DNA of 64,000 bases. Source: Cyanophora paradoxa CCMP329. Taxonomy: Eukaryota; Plantae; Glaucophyta. Made by a program: the position numbers and the translations under genes. Below, piece by piece: positions 36,501 to 46,936 of this stretch; the stretch's first letter is position 1, and every line of letters begins with the position of its first letter. The notes under the pieces are model-generated. The model saw only the letters and a program-made list of their open reading frames with translations, searched no databases and was not told where the DNA came from. Location: NCBI GenBank assembly GCA_004431415.1, contig QPMI01000085.1, positions 62,001-126,000 of the forward strand. Reading direction: 5' to 3'.

Positions 36501-38518
36501 GCTCGCCCAGGGTGCCCCCCGCCCCCCGCCCGCCCCCCGCCCCGCCCCCGGCCTCGAGCGCGGCGCAGGGGTCTCCCTCGGGGGCTTGGACGGGGCGGGG
36601 GAGTTCGAGGTGCTGCGGGGGTACATGGACGCCGTGCTCGTGCGGCGCTGCCTCGGGGACGACGAGGCGCCCCTCGCCCGCCTCCTCGCCGTCCGCCCCG
36701 CCCCGCGCCGCCGCCCCGCTCGGACCCACGCCTCGGCAGGAGATGCGCGCGGACGGCTTCGACCCGACCGCCGGCACCTTCGCCGCTCTCATCCGCGCCT
36801 TCGGTGCGCCTTGCCAGACGCCGCGCCCCCACCCGCGCGCCGCCGAGCGGCGGGGCAGGGAAGGCGCGGCGGGCGGAGCGGGCGCAGGAGGCCTTCGACG
36901 CGCTGCCGTCCCTCGGGGTGCGCGGCGGCGCGCCGGCGGGGCCGGGGCCGGGCCGACGGGGCGCAGCTGGTGGCGGACGAGGCGGTGTACAACGCGCTGG
37001 TGGAGGCCCTGCGCCACAGCGGCGCCCTCGACAGCGCCCTCGCCGTCATCGAGGAGGCCCGCCCCGCCCCCGCCCCGCCACGCGCCACACCCCCCCGCCC
37101 GCGACCGCCCGCAGATGCGGGCCCTCGGCATGTCGCCGCGGTCGGAGGGTGCGGGGGGCGGGGGCGCAGCGGCGGGGCGGGGGTGACGGGGCGCAGGGCT
37201 GGACCTGCTGAAGGACTACATGGACTCGGTCCTCGAGCGCCTCGCCGCCCCGGCGGCCGCCCCGGGGCCCCGGCCCTCCCCCCGGCCCCCTCGGGCCTCG
37301 AGGTGCGGCCCCCGCGGGGCGGCGCCGCGGCGGGCGAGGCGGGGCGCAGGCGATCGAGGACCTGGAGGAGGGGATGGGGATCCGCCCGACGCTCGTGACG
37401 TTCAACCGGCTCGTGCGGGACTACGGGCGCGCGGGGGACCTCCCCTCCGCCCTCCGCGTCGTCGACCAGATCCAGCGCGCCGGCCTCGTCCGCCCCGGCC
37501 CCCCCCCGCCCCGCCCCACCCCCGCCAACGCCCGCCCCGCAGGAGCCCGACATCGTCACCTTCAAGTGCGCCCCGCCGCCGCGCCGGGCGGGCCCGCGGG
37601 GCGAGCGGGGCGCAGCACGCTGCTCGACGAGTGCGTGAAGAACGGGCGCGAGAAGCTCGCCGTCGAGATCTTCCGGTGCGGCCCAGCGCGCCGCTCCCGA
37701 CGCGTGGAGGCGCGGGGCGCGAGGCGGGGGCACGCGCAGGGACATGCAGCGGTCGGTGGACGGGCTGGGGGTGGCGGCGGCGGGGGGCCTGGCGCAGGCG
37801 CGGCCGGACGTGCGGACGTTCGCGATCGCGGCGAAGGCGCTGGCGTCGCTGGGGCGGCTGGACGAGGCGTGGGGCCTGCTGGAGGAGATGGAGGCGGGGG
37901 GCGTGCTGCCCGACACCGCCCTCTTCAACACCCTCATCTCCCGCTCCCTCGCCCGCGGCGACGTCGACCGCGCCATGGAGGCCTTCTCCGAGATGCTCGC
38001 CACCCCGGGCCCGCCCCGCCCCGCCCGCCCCGCCCCGCCGCCCCTCACCCCGCCCTGCAGGCTGCGAGCCCGACATCTACACCTTCAATACCCTCGTCCG
38101 GGTGCGGGATCCGCCCCCAGACCAAGCCGTTCGCCACCAGGGCCGAGAGGTGGGCGCGCGGGGCGCAGGGGGTGGCCCGCATCGACGCCCGCGAGGCCTT
38201 CGCGCTGCTGCGGACCATGCAGAAGCGCGGCATCGAGCCCGACAAGATAACCATGTGTAAGCGGTCCCCCGCACACGCTCCGTGGGCCGCCGGGCCGACG
38301 GGCGAGCACGGGCAGTGACGCTGATGGACGCGTGCGTGGGGGCGGGCGAGATGGGCCTGGCGCGCGATGTGCTGCGCATCGCCAGCCGCGCAGGCTTCTC
38401 CTTCGACCCCGACGACCGCGCCATCGCCGCCCTCTCCCGATCCTCCTCCCCGGGGCCCCGGCCCCAAGGCCCCGGCCCCCGCAGCCCCGCCCCGCCCCAC
38501 AGCCCCTCCCCCCTCTAG
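33527..38518 (+). CDS. Pentatricopeptide-repeat (PPR, P-class) protein, probably organelle-targeted; start 33527 or 33813
   Basis: Many PPR motifs across short exons: PTTATYTALARGYGRHGELDAV, ADAVTYGTLARGY, PDVVTYNTLMKLHGR, PDVETYRELV, PTLVTFNRLVRDYGRAGDL, PDTALFNTLISRSLARGDVDRAMEAFSEM, PDIYTFNTLV. The N-terminus is Ser/Arg/Ala-rich, like a transit peptide. Confidence 0.92.
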
Positions 38519-38546
38519 TTTTTTTTTGGAATTACGTAGCCCCTAG

Positions 38547-38895
38547 TGTGCTGCCCACTTTCCGACTCCCAGCTAGCCCTGGTCGTCGGCTCGAAGCCGG
38601 CAGCTTGCCTTGCCTTGTACCCTTTGTAGCCTGCTATTCCTGGTGCCACGTTGTTGCCAACTGGCCCGCTTATTTTAGCCCTGGGCCCTCGCTTGCCCTG
38701 CGCGGCGCTTGCTTGCTGTCTTGTCCCTGTTCTCTGTACTTACTGTCTTACTATCTGTCTTACGCTGGCTCTGCGCCTGCTGTGTACGTAATGGCACCCG
38801 CTTGCCGTCGCCCTACGGTGCTGTACGGGCCTGTCCCTCTCTGCTTGGGGCGCCTCTGGGCCTAGCCAACTGCTTAGCGCATCCCGCTCAGCGCA
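38547..38895 (+). repeat. 5' LTR (349 bp)
   Basis: TGTGCTGCCC...CTCAGCGCA; identical by eye to 41281-41629. Confidence 0.96.
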
Positions 38896-39602
38896 TGGGG
38901 GCTGCTGCGTTGGGCTTCGACTTTTTAGCTCGTATGCCTGGGGACGAACGCTGCGCTCTTGCCCGAACCCCTGGACAAGCACGCCATCGTTTGCCTCGGC
39001 TTGCGCGTACGGCCTCCACTCTCTTGTAGTGGGAAGCGCCTATGCGGCAGAGCTTAGCAATACGAACCGCATGGTTCATGCCTTTCCACCCGCCACTGCG
39101 CCTTTCCTGCTTACGGACCTGGCGCACCACTCTTTCTGTAGTGGGAAGCGTCCGCCAACCCGTCTATTGAGCCGCATGCGCTCACAGTCATCTAAACGTG
39201 CCGCGGCTGCGCTCAAGAGCAAATGCTGATGCAGCCCGCGCGCATGTCGAGTGAAACTGTATTGCATTGTATCGGGGGACGACACCACAACGTACTACTA
39301 AATGTATTGTATGTGGAGCAACACCCTCTACATCTACACACGTCGTCATACCGATCGAATTGCGTGTTGACGCCGATCGAATGATGATCTTCTTGTCGCC
39401 GTGGCATGTCGTTTCTTCTCTGGTCCACGTGCAGTGAGACGTATGATGATAAAAGCTGTCTGAATGAGTATTCTTCATGAACATACCTTCTTCTCGTCGT
39501 CGTCTTGTTTTGTCGAGTTGCCCGCATGCTCGTGACATGCCAGGCTCGCAAGGCAGCTATGAAGCGCCGGTCAATCAATCTTGTCTCTCTGCAGAAAGTA
39601 CA

Positions 39603-39870
39603 GAGTCAGCCCGCCAAGACGTGAATGCCCTGGGATAACATGGCCCCAGTCCGCGCCCGAGGTCTCACCTACGACGGCTGCGATGGCACCTCCGGCTAGC
39701 CCGAGGCACGCTCAATGGTGGCGAGTGTATCTGAAGAACGCATGGAGTCAAACCGCTGCGACGTGAAAGCCCCTGGGATAACATGGCCCCAGTATGCGCC
39801 CGAGGTCTCACCTACGACGGCTGCGGTGGCGCCTGCGGACCGTCCGAGGCACGCTCAGCGGCGGCGAGTG
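39603..39870. repeat. Diverged tandem duplication (~142-bp period) inside the LTR element
   Basis: cctgggataacatggccccagt...gcgcccgaggtctcacctacgacggctgcg...ccgaggcacgctca...ggcgagtg occurs twice (39603-39728 and 39745-39870). Confidence 0.85.
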
Positions 39871-41280
39871 GCATCCCTCGTGAGGATCACTCCACTTGAC
39901 TCCACCCTGCATCCAGAGGACGTGCGGCTCCGCGTCTCTCTCGGCTCTGCGGGTTGCGTACGCGTCAGTGGAAGCCGGCGCAGCTCCACTTGACAGCGAT
40001 CTCTATGAAAGGAAGCGCATCTATCTGTTGTCAAGTCTACCGTGCGCGCTGTCGCACCGAGAAGGCAGACAAGATGCCAAGACCTTGCCCTGGCTCCGAC
40101 GACGTAGCTGCCCTTCTCCGGGACGTCCAGCTCGTCAAGCCAGATGTCAGTCGCTTCACGCACATCTCCAGCGTGTGCGGACTGTCGTTCTTTCCTGTCG
40201 TGGGCGTTTGATCAGCGACCGAGGCCTGTTCAGCGGGCGGAGGTCTGACCGAGGCCTGTCCGGCGGGCGAAGGTCAACAGAAGCGTACAGGATGCGCTCT
40301 GGGACGTCCTACGACGACGTGAGCAGCCATAGCTAAAGTTGGACGGCGGACAGCGGACCTGTCTGTTGAGGAGCGTCAGCAAGCAGCACTGGGTGATGCC
40401 CCGCGACCAGTCTTCTTGCCTACGACTATCACGCGAGCACCGATGATCATTCCGGGCCGCGCTGATGCTGTCTCCTGTCCCGCGATGGTGGCCTGCCTAA
40501 GCCCCGGCTACGCGCTGCATCTGCGTACGCCGGCGGACTCGATGGCTGTATCCGTGGTTTGCCATCCCGTCCGATCGTGGAGGATCCTTGGCGATGGGTC
40601 TGTATGATGCAACCAGTGGCCTGCCGCTGCTGTGGAGCCTGACCCCGTGCGACTGGCTCGCCGCCTCTACTCTTCATGGCTTGCCTGCTCTACGCGTACG
40701 CGGCTGCACACGCTACTGTGCTGTCCGATCGCCCCGCCTCGTGACTCCGCTGGCCGAGTCACTTGGCAACGCAATGCGCCGAGCTTGGCCCGCAACGTTA
40801 ACGCGTACTCTGCCGCTGCGGCTCTGCTGATCGAGCCTGCGGTCCTACACTTCTACATCTACACTCTATCTACACTTCTACACTGTGAAACTTTCGACCC
40901 GGCGCCGCCGCAGCCCGGCGGCTTGCGGCGCGGCGCCGGCTTCGAATTCGAGCTTAGTGCTAGCGCTAGCACTCGTTTTCCCCTCCGGCGGGATTTAGAG
41001 GGTTTGCCCCCGGTTGGCTGGCGGCGCTCCGCGCGCTCTGGCGTCAGGTCGTGGGTCCCTCACCCAACTTCCCTTGTTGGGCCCAGTTCCTCATACTGGT
41101 GCCGACGGCCTGATGGATTTTAATTTGCCCCTCCGGCCCGCCCGCTGTGGCGCCGAGGAGGGCTTTCTGTGCAGGGACGGTAGCCGGCTTTTGGCTTGTA
41201 GTCCGTTCAGCCTCGCCTACACAGCTTTAGTTCAGCCTTTAGCTCGTAGCGCCGAGGACGGCTTTTTGTAGCGGGAAGCG

Positions 41281-41629
41281 TGTGCTGCCCACTTTCCGAC
41301 TCCCAGCTAGCCCTGGTCGTCGGCTCGAAGCCGGCAGCTTGCCTTGCCTTGTACCCTTTGTAGCCTGCTATTCCTGGTGCCACGTTGTTGCCAACTGGCC
41401 CGCTTATTTTAGCCCTGGGCCCTCGCTTGCCCTGCGCGGCGCTTGCTTGCTGTCTTGTCCCTGTTCTCTGTACTTACTGTCTTACTATCTGTCTTACGCT
41501 GGCTCTGCGCCTGCTGTGTACGTAATGGCACCCGCTTGCCGTCGCCCTACGGTGCTGTACGGGCCTGTCCCTCTCTGCTTGGGGCGCCTCTGGGCCTAGC
41601 CAACTGCTTAGCGCATCCCGCTCAGCGCA
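41281..41629 (+). repeat. 3' LTR (349 bp)
   Basis: Direct repeat of 38547-38895, followed by the TSD CTAG. Confidence 0.96.
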
Positions 41630-41836
41630 CTAGATAGTACGGTACCTTTAACTTTTCAAGTTCAGTGCAGCTGCAGACTCTGAGATGCCCGAGCTGAGTT
41701 AGAGGAGCTGAGATCTAGATGCCCGAGCTGAGTAGCGGCCAGCGCTAGCGCGACGCGCGCCGGCCGGCGGCCAGCATGATCAAGCCGTCAAGCTCAAGCT
41801 CGATCAAAACCTAGCCGACAAGCCGACCACGGGTAC

Positions 41837-43245
41837 ATGCAGCACACATCGAGCACGATGCTGGCCCTGCGGACCGTGGCGTCCACGGTTGCGGCCGCGG
41901 GCCTGAGAATGCCCGCGGTATCGCCGGGCGCCGCCATCACGCGGTGGGCTCGGCCGCGGATCTCGGCAATTCATGCCATCCCGCCCTGCCTCCCGCGCTC
42001 AACGCCCGTCCCAGCCACAGCCCTGGTGCGATGTTGCGAAGCACGACGCGCTTGGGGTCTAACCCAGGTTCGCAGCTGCACCTGCGCTCCCTGCACATCT
42101 CCGCCGCCGCGGCCAGTACCTCCACCGCGTCGCAGGGTGCGCACAGGAAGACCTCTGGATTCGTCTCTCGGGCCGCGCTTACGACGCCGGGGGCAGAATT
42201 CATGCCGTCCACGCCAGCGCCGAGCAACGCCGGGGTCGACATCTTACCCGCGCTGCCCCCGTCCATCAGTGATCGTGAGGTCTGGGTGACTACGCTCAGC
42301 GGCGAGCCCGTCGAGATCATCCGGCTGGCCGGCGCTGTGCGCTTGCCTCGTGTGCTGCTTCGCCGCGCGCCCAGCATCGCTCAAGGCGCCGCAGGTCTTC
42401 GGAGTGCCCATTCGAAGGGACATCGTTCAGCGCGTCGTGATCTGGCAGCTAGCTATCAAGAGGCGGGGGCATACGACCTGCAAGAACCGCTCGCAGGCGC
42501 GCCGGCCGGGGCCGGGACGGGCCGGGGCACCGCTCGCTCACCGGAAGGCTGCTGCGGGCTGCAGGTCCGGGGCTCTTCGCGAAAGATTGTTCCACAGAAG
42601 GGACGGGGCGGCGCGCGGCACGGCACGATTCGCGCGAACATATTCCGGAAGGGTGGCAAGGTGCTGCCATCGGCCTCCCGCCCTCCATCCACTTCAGAGC
42701 GACCCGTGCTCGCAGGCTATGGGACCTGTGCCTCGTAGCTTCCACTACACGCTCCCGAAGAAGGTGCCGCGGACCCGCTGGCTGCGATCCGGCGGCGTGC
42801 GCTGAGCGCGGGCACAGATCCGGAGGGCGGGGATGAAGGTGGCGCTGTCGGCGAAGGCAGCGGAGGGGAACCTCGCCGTCATCGACTCGCTGCACTTCGA
42901 CTCGCACAAGTGCGCGTGGCGCTGCCGCGCGGCGCGGCGCGGCTGACGGGGCCCCCAGGACGCGGGAGTTCGTGGCGGCGGTGGCCGGCCGCGGGTGGAC
43001 CTCTGCTCTCATGATGGATGTCACTGTCGACGGCAAGCTCTACTATGCCTCCCGCAACGTCCCGGGATTTAATCTGCGCCCCGCCCGCGTGCGCCCCGCC
43101 CGCATTCCCCACGCGTACGCCGCCAACGCGCGGCCCGGAGCAGGAGGCGACAGTCTACGACATCTTGCGGCACAAGACGCTCGTGCTCAGCAAGGCGGCC
43201 GTTCGCTTCTTCGAGGAGCGCCTCACTGCCCCGATCAAGCGCTAA
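41837..43245 (+). CDS. MRPL4: Mitochondrial ribosomal protein uL4m (bacterial-type L4 with presequence); start 41837 or 41858
   Basis: VFGVPIRRDIVQRVVIWQLAIKRRG..KNRSQ|VRGSSRKIVPQKGRGGARHGTIRANIFRKGGK|AMGPVPRSFHYTLPKK|IRRAGMKVALSAK..ASRNVP..VYDILRHKTLVLSKAAV. The N-terminus is an Arg/Ala/Ser-rich presequence. Confidence 0.9.
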
Positions 43246-43642
43246 GCATTTCCGTCCGAGGTCGTTGACCTTTCGTATCTTGAATTCAAAAGAGAGTGTC
43301 TCGACGTGGGCCTGCCGGACCGAGGGCGGGCCGGGCGGCCTGCCGGGTCCTGCCGGGCGGGGGTGCAGCAATTAATTCAGCAGAGCGGCGGCGCCAGCGG
43401 CTTGCTGAAGTCGGTGTGCCCCTGGCCGAAGCTGCCTAGCGCACGTCGAGCTCGAGGCTCTCGTGCGAAGTCAGTTAGGCGCCGGTTTGTTGGGCTAGGT
43501 CAGGCCAGTTGAACCGGGAGCGCACGTGCACGCGAGCCCAGCCTCGGCGTCCAGCGGCCACCGGCCCGCAAGCGCGTTGCGCACTTTCGTTTCGTCGAAG
43601 TACCCGCGCCGGCGGCGTCTCTCCAGAGCTGTGCGCTCGACG

Positions 43643-44678
43643 ATGACGCCCGACGGCGCGCTCGACGGCGCTTCCAAGCGTGCGCGCCGCAGATTTGCGA
43701 TGCGCTGATCTAGATAATAACCTGTATCGCCGCTGTTTGCGATGCGCTGGCTCAGATTCCCAGCTGATGCGGTGGTGCGCAGTCAACATCAGTACCAGCG
43801 CTCTGGAGAGCGAGAAGGAGGTGGCCGAAGTGATTGCCGTAGTGAACGAAGCCTACCGCGCTGAGGACTTCTTCAAGAAGCGCCTTCGAACGGATCGGGA
43901 GGAAATCGAACAGTTGAAGTCGGCGGCGGGGGGGCGGTTCCTTCTCCTCCGCGTCGGTGGCGATGGGCCGGTTGTGGGGAGCGTCTACGTGGCGTGCGAA
44001 GGGCACCACGGGCACCTCCAGATGCTCGCCGTCCACCCCTCTATGCAGCGGCGGGGCTGTGCGCAGAGGTGTCTGCAGTAGCCCGGCTCTCGGCACCCCC
44101 GCATGACCCTGGGCCGCACCGCAGGCTTATTCAGGCGGCTGAAGAATACGCCGTGTCACAGGGGTGCTCTGTCATGGTGCCCGACGCACCCCCGGGCCCG
44201 CGCGCCCGCGGCCGTGCCCGCGGCCGCTCGGCTCGGCTAGCGCTGCGTACTTTTCGAACGACTGATACTGACGCGTGCCCGTTCGTGTGCCAGGACTTGA
44301 TGATGGTTGATGTAAGGGCGGACGCCGTCGAGGATCTCTACCTGCGCACCGGCTACCGCCGCACGGGCGTGACCGAACCCTTCGTTGACGAGGTGCGCAA
44401 ACGCCCGCCCGACGGTCCCCGCCATGCTTCGATTCGAGATTACCCCCGTATTTCCGGCCCGGCCGACGACTGACGTCGACGCCCTCACAGAGCAAGGTCA
44501 AGTACCCTGTCAATTTCGTGCGTGCCCGGCCCTCTCTCCCCTCTCCATCCCCGCGGCACCCCCGGCCCCCTTCCCTCGCACCAAATCGGAATGCGGGCAG
44601 GTGGAGATGCAGAAGGTGCTCAAGGCTCCCAGCACGTGCACAGTCCCCGCCGGCAACGAACCCCCGCCCCAACGATGA
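43643..44678 (+). CDS. GNAT-family N-acetyltransferase
   Basis: VIAVVNEAYR..RTD, VVGSVYV, LQMLAVHPSMQRRG (acetyl-CoA motif A), RLIQAAEEYA, LYLRTGYRRTG..EPF, VEMQKVL. Confidence 0.9.
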
Positions 44679-44714
44679 TGATGCCGACGTCTGTAATCCG
44701 AAGAGAGCGAGAGT

Positions 44715-46332
44715 CTACCTAATGCCTGCCTGTTTTCGCATCTCCGCGGCGTACTGCGCGTAGCCCGGCGCGGCCTGCGCGGCCTGCGCGGCGGCGACGG
44801 CGGCTGCTGCGGCGGCGGCCTGCTGGAGCGAGGCCTGGATGATGCCGCCCGGGACGATGGGGGCGACGCTCGCCGGGTCCTGCGCGTCCCACTTGGAGCG
44901 CTTGGCCGGCTTGCCCTCCGCGCCGGCCGCGGGGCGGGGCCGGAGGAGGCCGGCGTCCGTAAGGAGGGTCGTCTGCAGGCCCCCCGGGGCGAACTCCACC
45001 GCGGAGCGATTCGCCTGCGCCCGCTCCTTCGCCTCCATCGCCTTCCGCTGCCTCACCGCTGCCCCGTCGTCAGGCGCACAGCGCCCATCGGGGGCGGAGG
45101 GGGTGCGAGGGAGCGTTGGGGTGGGGGTAGGCGGCCTAGCGAAGGGAGGGGAAAGGGGCGGACCGAGGGCGTCGTAGAACTCCTCCATGTCAAATGCGTG
45201 AGGATCGAACCTGCCGAAGGGCTATCAGCACGGCTCCGCGTGCAGATGCTCAGGCTAGCCCGGCTGCCAGTCGCCCGCTCCTTCCTATTCCTTTTCGCGC
45301 ACTTGTCTCTGGGGTAGTTGGAGCCGATCTCGTCAATGCCCCAGTACTCGACGAGCTTCTCTAGGATGGCCGGGTTCCGGAAGTTCTTGTTCGCCCGCAG
45401 CGAGTCGTTCAGCCGCCGCCCCTGCGCCCGCAGCTGCACGAACTGCTCCAGTTTCGCCTGCGGCACCGCCCCACAGATTAAGGACCCAGAGAGTGCACGG
45501 GGCGGGCCGCACGGACCCGCACGCGCTCGTCCACCGGTCCCGGCGGCTCGGGCGGTATGTTCGCGAGCGTGTGGAACGGGCTGCCTTGAGGCAGCGGCAT
45601 AGGGGAGCCAGACGGTCGACCCGGAGTTGTCTGCTGCAGCGATGGCGAGATGCCGGGGGGCGTTACTGCAGACGCGCCAGGCCCAGCGCTCGAGCTAGCA
45701 ATGGGCCCCCCTGGCTCGGCTGGAGGCTGCTCGGCCTGAGTGCGGTCGGCTGCGACCCGCTGCGCTGCTGCTGTGATCTGGAAAACAGGACTGGGCGCTC
45801 CTCCGCTGCGCACAGAGCTCGCCGCGTAACGAGATGGTTGGCGGGGCAGGCGCACCGCGCTGCAGCCTCTGCCAGCGCCCGCGGGGCTTTCGGAGGAAGC
45901 GAAGAGCCTGATGTGCGCTTAGGGAGCCAAATGTGCGACGGGAGGAAGGAATGGCAGCACTAACCAGGCTTTCTGTCGCCCGTCGGTGCCGCGTGAGCCG
46001 CCGGGGACTCCTGAGGGCGCAAATCGAACAGGATCGAACGAATGACCGCGGATCGACTGACAACGTACCTCCGGCTTGGTGTCGTCCTCGTCGTCGTGCG
46101 CGTAGCTGACAAGAGAGACGGGGCGCGGCGCTGCGAACGAGCACGCGTGAGTACCCTAGCCGAAAGCGGCGCATCCCGCTCGCTGAGCACATCGCGGCAA
46201 GCGGAAAGGTCGAGCGATACCTTGCACCGCCGGCTGCCGCCCGGGCTGCTCCCTGTTGTTTTCCGCCTCTTCGTGCTCTTCTTCGTCCTCTTCCTCGTCA
46301 GCGTAGCGCAGCAGGTCGCCGAGCGCGGACAT
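44715..46332 (-). CDS. SAP30BP: SAP30-binding protein / HCNGP-like
   Basis: Acidic N-terminus MSALGDLLRYADEEEDEEE; LNDSLRANKNFRNPAILEKLVEYWGIDEIGSNYPRD..FDPH..FYDAL; C-terminal KRSKWD. Confidence 0.92.
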
Positions 46333-46936
46333 TTTTTCGATGCGGAGAAGGGTACCGATTGAAGAGAACGTGCACGTGTACCCTGACGCGTGCGGCCGCG
46401 CGGCCGCCGGCGCCGGCGGCGGCGCCTCGGTTCCGCGCGCGCCGAGTAGTGCACGTGCAGCATATGCATATGCATGCGAGTAGTGCACGTGCGGCAGCTA
46501 GGCTAGCGCTAGCGCTAGCCTAGTAGCGCTCAGCGGCTGCCAGGCTGCGCAGCTGATCATGATATCGATCGATCAGCCTGGCAGGAATCATTGAATCCAT
46601 CCGCGATGATCATCGGCCGCGGATATCCGATCGGCCGCGGCGCACTGTGCAGCGTGGCAGCAGCTAGCGCTGGCGCTGCGCACGCCACTGGGCCATCGTA
46701 TGCGCAGCCTGGCGCGGGAGCTGAATTCGAATATTCTAAAAATTGAGCACATCGTGACAAAAAGAAGCATCTACGAGACGCTAATAAAGCCGTAAGCCGG
46801 AAAGAAACCCCGGCCCCTGCAGCTGAGCGGCGCCCGCTCATGAGCAGTGGGAAAATAAAAAAGGCAGTGGCCGCCTAGGCCTCGCATGCCTCCTCCAGTC
46901 ATGCCACGCGCGGCCACCACGGCGGCCTTGGACAAA

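Larger units (their letters stand above)
38547..41629 (+). mobile_element. Non-autonomous LTR retroelement (LARD/TRIM-like), 3083 bp
   Basis: Two 349-bp direct repeats with TG...CA ends. 4-bp TSD CTAG at 38543-38546 and 41630-41633. TGGGGGCT PBS-like sequence after the 5' LTR and purine-rich GTAGCGGGAAGCG before the 3' LTR. No gag/pol motifs recognised. Confidence 0.93.

Noticed and set aside
35303-38048. Long overlapping ORFs in the PPR locus
   Set aside because: They are mosaics of PPR exons, introns and shadow frames.
38332-39029. Hydrophobic ORFs duplicated at 41282-41637
   Set aside because: They are chance readings of the LTR sequence.
40335-40346. AAAGTTGGACG in the LTR interior matching the 11-bp repeat unit
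   Set aside because: A single short match, compatible with chance.
38896-41280. Autonomous retrotransposon gag/pol
   Set aside because: No long ORF and no RT (YxDD), protease, integrase or zinc-knuckle motifs were seen.
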